Part shown: piece by piece, positions 8,572 through 15,317 of the stretch | Layout of the letters: each line of letters starts with the position of its first letter | Position numbering within the stretch: the stretch's first letter is position 1 | Virus record (IMG/VR): IMGVR_UViG_3300044267_005212 | Span: 1 to 26,147 of that record | Strand: one strand, 5' to 3' | Source of the DNA: a virus | Lineage: Duplodnaviria; Caudoviricetes | DNA: 26,147 nt | Position numbers and translations under genes: made by a program | The notes under the pieces: generated by a model | What the model saw: the letters and a program-made list of their open reading frames with translations, nothing else | Databases searched by the model: none | What the model was told of the DNA's origin: nothing

Positions 8572-8923
8572 AAAAATTACTTTTCGTCCTTGGGGTTGGT
8601 GGCAAGCTTTATTCCAAGGACCTGGCTATCTTGCCAAAATTATTAATGTAAAAAAAGGACAACAACTTAGTCTTCAATATCATAACCATAGAAGTGAAAC
8701 TTGGATTATTGCATCAGGAGAAGGCGAAGTTTTTGCTAATGGTATATGGCAAATAGCTAGAACTGGTAAATGTATTCATATTCCTGTTAAAGGAACTCAT
8801 CGAATTAAAGCAGATAAAACAGACTTAGTTCTTATAGAAGTCCAGTTTGGGGAAAAAATTTCTGAAGACGACATTGTACGTATTAAAGATGATTACGGAC
8901 GTGTGCAGAAAAACCCAGAATGA
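8564..8923 (+). CDS. Cupin, mannose-6-phosphate isomerase type II (ManC C-terminal) domain
   Basis: RPWG, LSLQYHNHRSETW, IP..THRI, IEVQFG...EDDIVRIKDDYGR: the typical MannoseP_isomer signature. Confidence 0.92.
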   Translation: MLRKITFRPWGWWQALFQGPGYLAKIINVKKGQQLSLQYHNHRSETWIIASGEGEVFANGIWQIARTGKCIHIPVKGTHRIKADKTDLVLIEVQFGEKISEDDIVRIKDDYGRVQKNPE

Positions 8924-8932
8924 GTTATTTTT

Positions 8933-9051
8933 TTCTTAAGCATAGATTAAATTACATTTTCATTTCTTGTTTTTTAAAAAAATATTACATAACCAAGAAT
9001 AAAAGTGTAATTTAAACTAATATATAAGAAATTTTAAATTCATTCTTGGTT
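8933..9051. repeat. AT-rich intergenic region with interleaved inverted repeats (possible origin or operator)
   Basis: ~40-bp imperfect IR over 8933-9030 with core TAAATTACA(8948-8956)/TGTAATTTA(9006-9014); also AACCAAGAAT(8991-9000)/ATTCTTGGTT(9042-9051). Confidence 0.55.
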
Positions 9052-9058
9052 TCTTTGC

Positions 9059-9382
9059 ATGTCTCGTAATTACAAACCTATGCCAATGCTTTGGAGATTA
9101 GAAGAATTATTTGAATTATCTAATAAATATCCAAGTGGTTTAATTTGGCGAATTAAAAAAGCAGGAAATAAAAAAGGAGATCCTGTAGGAAAGAAAAATA
9201 TAAATACGGGTTACTATACTGTTTTTGTAGATAATGAATCTTACCAAGCTCATCGTATTGTTTATTATTTAAGAACTAAAGAATCTCCAGATAGACATGG
9301 TGTTCAACATCATTTTTCTAACCGAAATAAAGATAACAGACTAGAATTAAAACCTTCTTATTTTACAAATGTTAGATACTAA
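9059..9382 (+). CDS. HNH_3-type homing-endonuclease-like protein (possibly degenerate)
   Basis: SGLIW...G..VG...GYY.V...YQAHRIVYYL...P...VQH...NKDNR; ends shortly after, with no AP2 domain. Confidence 0.75.
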   Translation: MSRNYKPMPMLWRLEELFELSNKYPSGLIWRIKKAGNKKGDPVGKKNINTGYYTVFVDNESYQAHRIVYYLRTKESPDRHGVQHHFSNRNKDNRLELKPSYFTNVRY

Positions 9383-10019
9383 TTTTAGATATATTCATAA
9401 TATCGATAAGCTTTCTAAAGCTGAATTAGATCAAAAAAGATATTATATTGGTTTTCCATGTACACATGGTCATGTTATTAGAGATAAAAAAGAACATTGG
9501 TGTTATCACTGTGTAAAAAAAATTAAATCTAATATATGTGGTTTTGATATTAATTATTTACATACAGATTATAAAACTAAGTACCAAAGATTATGGAATA
9601 ACATTGATATTAAAAACTTTGATGAATGCTGGCAAGTTAATCTTCCAGGTAAAAGAGCACCTCATAGAGTTTGTTTTCCTTCATACCGTTCACAATATAC
9701 TTGTCAAAAATCAGAGAACACAACACCTCACAAAGTTATTTATAACTGTGCTTGGGGTGATATAGGTTCTAATTTTGTTACTCGTTTATGTAATAATCCT
9801 TGGTGTCTTAATCCTCTGCATATGATTTCTAAATGGAATCGTCAATCTTATCCAAAAAAAATTAAACCTTTTTCTATTAAATTTGAAGCAAAAAAATTAA
9901 TGAGGATAAGTAAAGCAAAATTATTAAGTAGGCAAAATGAAATAATAGAAGAAAAATATCAAAAAACTATTGAAAATCCTTTATATGTTAAAGATAGCCC
10001 CGATTATGATGAAGGATAA
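9369..10019 (+). CDS. His-Me finger (Zn-binding loop of homing endonuclease) protein with N-terminal Zn finger; catalytic His apparently replaced
   Basis: YYIGFPCTHGH...WCYHC; ECWQ; HKVIY...VTRLCNNPWCLNPLHM versus consensus VxHxCxNxxCxNPxHL. Confidence 0.75.
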   Translation: MLDTNFRYIHNIDKLSKAELDQKRYYIGFPCTHGHVIRDKKEHWCYHCVKKIKSNICGFDINYLHTDYKTKYQRLWNNIDIKNFDECWQVNLPGKRAPHRVCFPSYRSQYTCQKSENTTPHKVIYNCAWGDIGSNFVTRLCNNPWCLNPLHMISKWNRQSYPKKIKPFSIKFEAKKLMRISKAKLLSRQNEIIEEKYQKTIENPLYVKDSPDYDEG

Positions 10020-10039
10020 GATAATGTCCTAAAGTTATA

Positions 10040-10762
10040 ATGGCTAGAAATCAAGTTACTCAAAGACAAAGATCAGCTTCAGATCCTTTATTACTTGGTG
10101 ATTTCGATGAGACATCCATACGTTATTTAACTGGTGAATTAGGAGGAAAAAATAAACCTATTACAGGAGGGTATGGAGGAGGATCTCTTAATCATTGGTT
10201 TAAAATTAAACTTAAAACAGAAGCTTGGATAATATTAACAAAAGGAGGTGGTTGGGAAAAATGGTTTACAGTTTCAGCATATGATTTAAATAAAAATCCT
10301 ATTCAAGGAAGAGCTATTTTTGATCAAGATAGTATAAAAACAACATCAAATGGTGATGTATATACTCCATATGCTGGTACTATAATGGCTGCTGGATCTA
10401 ATTTATATAATAATTTTGATGCAAGACGTTTAGATAAAGGAGATTCTAGATATTATCCTTTAAAAATTGGTGAATATTTAATTTGTGTATCTAGTACTCT
10501 TAATATACCTTTTAATTATGCTTTAGGTATAGTTATAGAAATGGCTGATCCATTTCCTGTTTTATTGACTGAAGACTATGATCGTTTAATTTTTGAAAAT
10601 ACTCTTTCTCAAGACGATATTATTTGTGATACAAGTGCTACATATACTGGAGCTGAAGATCATGAACATTCATTAGGAGAATGGGAAACTGCATGGTCAA
10701 GAGAAAGACAAGCATATGAAAAATTTCCTTCTATTCTTATTCCATTAACAACTAAACCTTAA
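10040..10762 (+). CDS. Hypothetical protein with PPC-like beta-sandwich, possibly virion-associated
   Basis: HWFKIKL...AYD.N.NPI...YPLKIGEYLICVS...YALGI resembles the pre-peptidase C-terminal domain pattern; LLTEDYDRLIFE resembles the LLTEDG motif of phage structural proteins. Confidence 0.55.
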   Translation: MARNQVTQRQRSASDPLLLGDFDETSIRYLTGELGGKNKPITGGYGGGSLNHWFKIKLKTEAWIILTKGGGWEKWFTVSAYDLNKNPIQGRAIFDQDSIKTTSNGDVYTPYAGTIMAAGSNLYNNFDARRLDKGDSRYYPLKIGEYLICVSSTLNIPFNYALGIVIEMADPFPVLLTEDYDRLIFENTLSQDDIICDTSATYTGAEDHEHSLGEWETAWSRERQAYEKFPSILIPLTTKP

Positions 10763-10767
10763 TTAAT

Positions 10768-10923
10768 ATGGACTCTAATCTTTATACTAAAATACTTGAC
10801 GACCAATATGAAAATTGGAAAGATAATCATTTATCTATACAAGAACAAAATTTAACTGTTAAATTTAAAAGAGATGCTGAATTAATTCCTTATTTACAGC
10901 AATTTAAAATGTATGACTGTTAA
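10768..10923 (+). CDS. Small protein (51 aa) with degenerate CP12-like C-terminus (not in ORF track)
   Basis: MDSNLYTKILDDQYENWKDNHLSIQEQNLTVKFKRDAELIPYLQQFKMYDC; starts 5 nt after the upstream stop; TAATG overlap with the next gene. Confidence 0.65.
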   Translation: MDSNLYTKILDDQYENWKDNHLSIQEQNLTVKFKRDAELIPYLQQFKMYDC

Positions 10924-11351
10924 TGATGACTCTAAGAACTGCTCGGAACAAGAAATTAGCGACGACGCGTATTGGAAAACATATTTTGAAGATGAGACTA
11001 TTTCCATGGCTACGTACAAAAAGCGGTTACGTTTGGCTCGCAAGCATGGCAATAAGCAAAAGCAACAGACAACTCAACGATTGGACAACTCTAAAAAAAA
11101 ATCGTCGGGTCCGCCTATTGAATTTATCTATGACAGGTAAGTTTGGACCTAAAACTCAAGCAATTGCTATCCGCCAGGTTCGTGATTGGATGAAAGAAAT
11201 TCCTATCGGTGATTCAATAAGTTTACGTTGTGAATCATGTTTACCAGAAAAACAATTTAAAATTTGGAAAAAATGGTTTTTAAAAAATGAAAGTAATGAA
11301 TGGGAAATTAATGATGAATTAAAATGTTTCTTTTATTTTAGAGAAGCTTAA
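10923..11351 (+). CDS. Hypothetical basic, Trp-rich protein (142 aa)
   Basis: Coupled start (TAATG); its stop overlaps the stop of the convergent gene. Confidence 0.75.
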   Translation: MMTLRTARNKKLATTRIGKHILKMRLFPWLRTKSGYVWLASMAISKSNRQLNDWTTLKKNRRVRLLNLSMTGKFGPKTQAIAIRQVRDWMKEIPIGDSISLRCESCLPEKQFKIWKKWFLKNESNEWEINDELKCFFYFREA

Positions 11352-11503
11352 ATAGCTGTAAACCACCAAACTGCTCCTTTTTCATTATTAATATGATTAC
11401 GTAAATTTAATGCATCGTATTTATTTAACGTTAAACATTCTCTATGCCCTTTTAATTCATAGCACATATTAACTGTTATATTTTTGTTTTTATTAAATGT
11501 CAT
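11348..11503 (-). CDS. Small hypothetical protein (51 aa; not in ORF track)
   Basis: MTFNKNKNITVNMCYELKGHRECLTLNKYDALNLRNHINNEKGAVWWFTAI; fills the gap and shares a TTAA double stop with the convergent gene. Confidence 0.6.
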   Translation of the reverse strand: MTFNKNKNITVNMCYELKGHRECLTLNKYDALNLRNHINNEKGAVWWFTAI

Positions 11504-11538
11504 AATCTTATACTAATCAATAGAAGTTAATTATTAAA

Positions 11539-11997
11539 ATGGTAGAAAAGAAAAATGTGGAAACCCTAGAGGAAAAAAAGGATGAAAAGAAAAAAAATGT
11601 ACTTGAAAAAGTAAAAGATGCAATACTTCCAGATCAAGAAGAACAAGCTGAAATCATTAGTACATTTGTACGCCTTGGAGTGTTGATTTGGTCGGGCGGA
11701 ATATTGACATTAAATTACGTTTCTATCCCAGGAATACCCTCCCAGAAAATTGATCCAACATTCATAGCTTCAGTGTTCACGGGGGTTTTGGCTGGATTTG
11801 GCATTCAGACAGCGAGTAAAAAAGGCGATGGAACTATGAAAATGAATGGTGAAAATGGACAAGTAAGTAAGAAAGATATGGAAGAAATGATAACAAGAGC
11901 TGCTGCTAATTCTGCTGTACAAACTATAAGAATTGAACAGGCTCCTTTAGTAATTAAGGCAGAAACACCTAGTAAAGATTCTAACTACCAGATGTAA
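11539..11997 (+). CDS. Two-TM membrane protein of cyanophage type (holin-like topology, function unknown)
   Basis: FVRLGVLIWSGGILTLNY and IDPTFIASVFTGVLAGFGI hydrophobic segments with highly charged termini. Confidence 0.75.
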   Translation: MVEKKNVETLEEKKDEKKKNVLEKVKDAILPDQEEQAEIISTFVRLGVLIWSGGILTLNYVSIPGIPSQKIDPTFIASVFTGVLAGFGIQTASKKGDGTMKMNGENGQVSKKDMEEMITRAAANSAVQTIRIEQAPLVIKAETPSKDSNYQM

Positions 11998-12030
11998 AAT
12001 TAAAGAGGAAATAACTAAGGAGGTTTTCTT

Positions 12031-12171
12031 ATGAACAGTCCACTTTATGTTCCTAATTGGCAGTATCATTCGAAAAAAAATATAACATTAGATTTTATAA
12101 AAGAAGAAAATATGCTCCGTAGAGCGTTACATCGTGGAAAGACAATATTAAAAAAAATAAGACGAATGTAA
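12031..12171 (+). CDS. Small basic cyanophage-type protein (46 aa; not in ORF track)
   Basis: Strong SD AAGGAGG 12017-12023; MNSPLYVPNWQYHSKK...LRRALHRGKTILKKIRRM. The PNWQxHSKK motif is recalled from cyanophage small ORFs. Confidence 0.75.
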   Translation: MNSPLYVPNWQYHSKKNITLDFIKEENMLRRALHRGKTILKKIRRM

Positions 12172-12204
12172 TTGTTATTGTTAACAAGGTATGCATTTAA
12201 TTAA

Positions 12205-12369
12205 ATGATTAAACATTATCTTGTTACTTATCATGATTCTCAAAATGATAATCATGATTTATGTACATATGCAGAAAGTTGCTGGGATGCTGAACATGTC
12301 GCAATAGAAGATGATTCTTATTTACATGAGCATCCTCATGCAATTACATCTATTATTAAAGAAGATTAA
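12205..12369 (+). CDS. Small acidic His-rich protein (54 aa; not in ORF track)
   Basis: MIKHYLVTYHDSQNDNHDLCTYAESCWDAEHVAIEDDSYLHEHPHAITSIIKED; resembles recalled picocyanobacterial/cyanophage small proteins (HY.V.YHD...C.YA...ED..YL.EHPH.I). Confidence 0.75.
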   Translation: MIKHYLVTYHDSQNDNHDLCTYAESCWDAEHVAIEDDSYLHEHPHAITSIIKED

Positions 12370-12378
12370 ATATTAAAA

Positions 12379-12603
12379 ATGACTGAACCATTAGATCATG
12401 CTCGTGACTTTGCTGTAGATGCTTCACAAGAAACACGTTTAGTAGTTCAAGCTTTAAAAATAGAAAGATTAGAAGAAAAACAAGAAGAATTACGTGAACG
12501 TCTTAAAGTTGTAGAAAAATGGGTAATCGGTGCTGCTGCAGTTCTTGCAGCTGGTGTAACATTAATAGGATTTGCAACCAATATTTCTAAAGCCTATTTA
12601 TAA
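12379..12603 (+). CDS. Coiled-coil protein with C-terminal TM helix (XhlA/holin-like architecture)
   Basis: IERLEEKQEELRERLKVVEKW followed by hydrophobic VIGAAAVLAAGVTLIGFA. Confidence 0.7.
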   Translation: MTEPLDHARDFAVDASQETRLVVQALKIERLEEKQEELRERLKVVEKWVIGAAAVLAAGVTLIGFATNISKAYL

Positions 12604-12663
12604 ATATGTCACTTTAAAATAAAAACTTATATTGATAGACTATTAGAAACGATATATAACTTA

Positions 12664-13176
12664 ATGAAATTATTTATAACTTTTTTCTTGTTTTTATTTG
12701 CTCCTATTTCAGTCAAAGCAGATTTAATTCATTCATTAGCTAGTTCAACTCAATTAACTGTTTCAGGAGCTGCGACTGTTAGTGAAAGAATCGGTTCAAC
12801 TTACGTTGTAACAGGCACAAACGTCCAAGTTGGTTCAGGTAATAGCGATGTATTTGGAGGTTTAACAGCTGGTAGTGCAACAGCAGCGGCAACCATGAAA
12901 GCTGGAACATACGATATTGACAACGACGGTCAAGCCTTCAGTTTCAGCGAAACCTGGACTCAAGGAGACGCTATTCCTGCCATAGGTTCAGGCGTGGATG
13001 TTGCCAGTGGAAGTGTCGCAGACATGCCAGCTTTTGGAAAAGTTACGACCCAAGCGGGAGGCCATGCTGGGAATCTTGCAGGTACAATCGATTCACAATC
13101 TTTGATTGGAATAACTGCTGGAGGCAGTGGCACTACGGCTATTGGACAATTTGTGAGTACTATTACCGTAGATTGA
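12664..13176 (+). CDS. Sec-exported Gly/Ala/Ser/Thr-rich beta protein (170 aa)
   Basis: Signal peptide MKLFITFFLFLFAPISVKA|D; Cys-free beta-rich mature part ending in strand GQFVSTITVD. Confidence 0.85.
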   Translation: MKLFITFFLFLFAPISVKADLIHSLASSTQLTVSGAATVSERIGSTYVVTGTNVQVGSGNSDVFGGLTAGSATAAATMKAGTYDIDNDGQAFSFSETWTQGDAIPAIGSGVDVASGSVADMPAFGKVTTQAGGHAGNLAGTIDSQSLIGITAGGSGTTAIGQFVSTITVD

Positions 13177-13180
13177 AGTC

Positions 13181-13606
13181 ATGAAGCGGTTTTTACTGCT
13201 GTTTTTGTTATATCCATCTCCTTTATTTGCTGTTCCCGTCACGCCAAATTTTCAAAGTGGAAGTATGACTTCTCATACGGAAACAATAAGTAAAGTAGCA
13301 GAAACAATTAACGTGATTGAATATCAAACTGGTTGGCAAATGACAGTTACAGGTAATAATATAAATACAGATGCTCCTAGTCTTTTACCTCCCGCAAGCT
13401 CTAGTACTCAAAATCTTAATAATGTAACTACAACTTGGACTGGATTAGATGCTAATAGTATGCCTAATTTCACAGTAGTAGATCCAACACAAGCATGGCA
13501 ATTTACTTCTACTCTTTCCCAACCAGGGATGAAATCTCAGACAATAATAACTCGTACTACCGACATAACGTCAGTGACAGACACCGTTTCAACCTTCAGT
13601 CAATAA
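13181..13606 (+). CDS. Sec-exported Thr-rich beta protein (141 aa)
   Basis: Signal peptide MKRFLLLFLLYPSPLFA|VPVTPNF; long terminal beta-strands (TSHTETISKVAETIN; TIITRTTDITSVTDTVSTFSQ). Confidence 0.85.
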   Translation: MKRFLLLFLLYPSPLFAVPVTPNFQSGSMTSHTETISKVAETINVIEYQTGWQMTVTGNNINTDAPSLLPPASSSTQNLNNVTTTWTGLDANSMPNFTVVDPTQAWQFTSTLSQPGMKSQTIITRTTDITSVTDTVSTFSQ

Positions 13607-14460
13607 AATATTTTTTATTAGTTTTAATTAATTTTTTTCTATTAATTCCACAAAGTACTCGTGCAGAAAGTGTTGGTGGAGTTAGTGCTTCTGCTGCTCC
13701 TGTTGCTAATTCATCTGGATCAGTAACAAATCAAGCTATTCAGGTTTTGCAAGGTCCATATATAACTAATACTTATGGAAGTGGAGTGTCGTGTCAGGGT
13801 CCTACGCTAAATGTCACACCGTTCGTAACTGGAAGTAATTCTTGGAAAGATCCTTATGAAAGTTCATATGATTCTCCTGTCTATGACATGACAACAGATG
13901 ATGATGGAAATTTAAATAATCCAGGTTCAATTTTATATCATGTTCCTAATAGAACAGGACAAAAAGCAAATAATAATATCTCATTAGGTTTAAGTGCAAC
14001 TATATCTATTCCATTAGATAAACGTCATCATGAGGGTTGCTTAAGAGCTGCATCTACACAGACAAAATTAACGCAACAAATATTAGCTAATAAACGATTA
14101 GACTTTGAATTTGCAAGACTTAAACATTGTGCTGAGCAAAAAAGACTTGGAGTATCCTTCCATCCTTCCAGCTCCTCTTTCAAGATTTGTCAAGATATTG
14201 TTGTTACTAACCCCCATGGAGTTATACCACAACATCAACACTCTATTTCTTCGCCTTCTTCTTCTTCAGAGGAGGTAAATCTTTCTTCTGACGATACTGA
14301 TTTGCAACAATCTCAGAACGACTTATCTTCTCTGGATTCTTCCCAAGCAGTTTCTGAAGCTTCTTCATTGAAGTCTTTATCAGAGGCTTTATCGCCTTCA
14401 GAATCACGTCAGCCAGGGGCTTTGCTAGGACTGCCGATGTCGTTGCCACAAGAGCAATAG
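13603..14460 (+). CDS. Sec-exported protein with amphipathic beta-hairpin and helices; probable ATA start at 13603 (track start 13495)
   Basis: Starting at ATA 13603 gives signal peptide MKYFLLVLINFFLLIPQSTRA|E; strands TLNVTPFVTGS and ISLGLSATISIPL, then helices; 4 Cys. The Ser-rich tail lies antisense to the next gene. Confidence 0.8.
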   Translation: MKYFLLVLINFFLLIPQSTRAESVGGVSASAAPVANSSGSVTNQAIQVLQGPYITNTYGSGVSCQGPTLNVTPFVTGSNSWKDPYESSYDSPVYDMTTDDDGNLNNPGSILYHVPNRTGQKANNNISLGLSATISIPLDKRHHEGCLRAASTQTKLTQQILANKRLDFEFARLKHCAEQKRLGVSFHPSSSSFKICQDIVVTNPHGVIPQHQHSISSPSSSSEEVNLSSDDTDLQQSQNDLSSLDSSQAVSEASSLKSLSEALSPSESRQPGALLGLPMSLPQEQ

Positions 14461-15028
14461 ATGCTGTTGCTGTAACTGCTCCAGCAGTAGGTAATGCATC
14501 TATAACTTGTTCAACAATAGGAATTTCATCGTAAAGAGTTATACAACGACCATTTTTTAATTCATAACCACTTATTTCTTTATTACCTTCAACTTTAGAA
14601 CCGACTATAGGAGCGTCATTTGGGGGACAAATTATTTTAGCCGTATTTACTGGAGGTAAATTTTTAATATTATTTTCAAATGGTTCATTTTTATCTAAAG
14701 GAACAAAAGGTATTTCAGCAGGTTTAGTTTCTAAAAAATCTCTAGCTGTATAGTTCATTGGATCATAACTAGGCATCGTTGCATCACATAAAACACGATT
14801 GCCTCTTTCGTCTTCATTAACTAATTCATTAGATTCTTTATTTGAAATATTATATTTAACACAACCAGGTAATTCAATAATAGGAGAACCTATTTGTAAA
14901 GTTACAGGCGGTGCTTGTGGAAGACTATTATTAGTATTAATTTTTTGAATATTATAATTAAAAATTTTTTCTTTATTAATATTTATATTTTCAATATTAT
15001 TAACATCAATTTCATTAATTAAAGACAT
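14243..15028 (-). CDS. Pro-rich protein with C-terminal TM helix and basic tail (261 aa)
   Basis: PPVTLQIGSPIIELPGCV...LCDATMPSYDPMNY, 4 Cys, hydrophobic AVTATASIALVATTSAVLA, Lys-rich end. Confidence 0.85.
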   Translation of the reverse strand: MSLINEIDVNNIENININKEKIFNYNIQKINTNNSLPQAPPVTLQIGSPIIELPGCVKYNISNKESNELVNEDERGNRVLCDATMPSYDPMNYTARDFLETKPAEIPFVPLDKNEPFENNIKNLPPVNTAKIICPPNDAPIVGSKVEGNKEISGYELKNGRCITLYDEIPIVEQVIDALPTAGAVTATASIALVATTSAVLAKPLADVILKAIKPLIKTSMKKLQKLLGKNPEKISRSEIVANQYRQKKDLPPLKKKKAKK

Positions 15029-15273
15029 TAAAAATTAGGTATTCCAAAACCTGCACCAGGGACAACAGGACCTGTTTCTGTAGGTAAAGCAGGAGTTGAA
15101 GGAAGCATATCTTTAACTGCATTACCAGCAAGAGAACTTACTTCTTTCATTATTTTTTCTTTAGCAGATTCAATTATTGAATCCTTATTCGCATATATAA
15201 GAATACCAGTCCCAACAACGGAAGTAGATACAACAAAAGACGCAATAGAAAGTACATTAATTATTTTTTGCAT
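15028..15273 (-). CDS. Small N-terminally anchored membrane protein (81 aa)
   Basis: MQKIINVLSIASFVVSTSVVGTGILIY TM segment, amphipathic helix, Pro-rich tail; TAATG coupling to the 261-aa gene. Confidence 0.8.
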   Translation of the reverse strand: MQKIINVLSIASFVVSTSVVGTGILIYANKDSIIESAKEKIMKEVSSLAGNAVKDMLPSTPALPTETGPVVPGAGFGIPNF

Positions 15274-15317
15274 AATTAAAAAGTTATATACTCTATTATC
15301 TTAACTAATAATAATTT

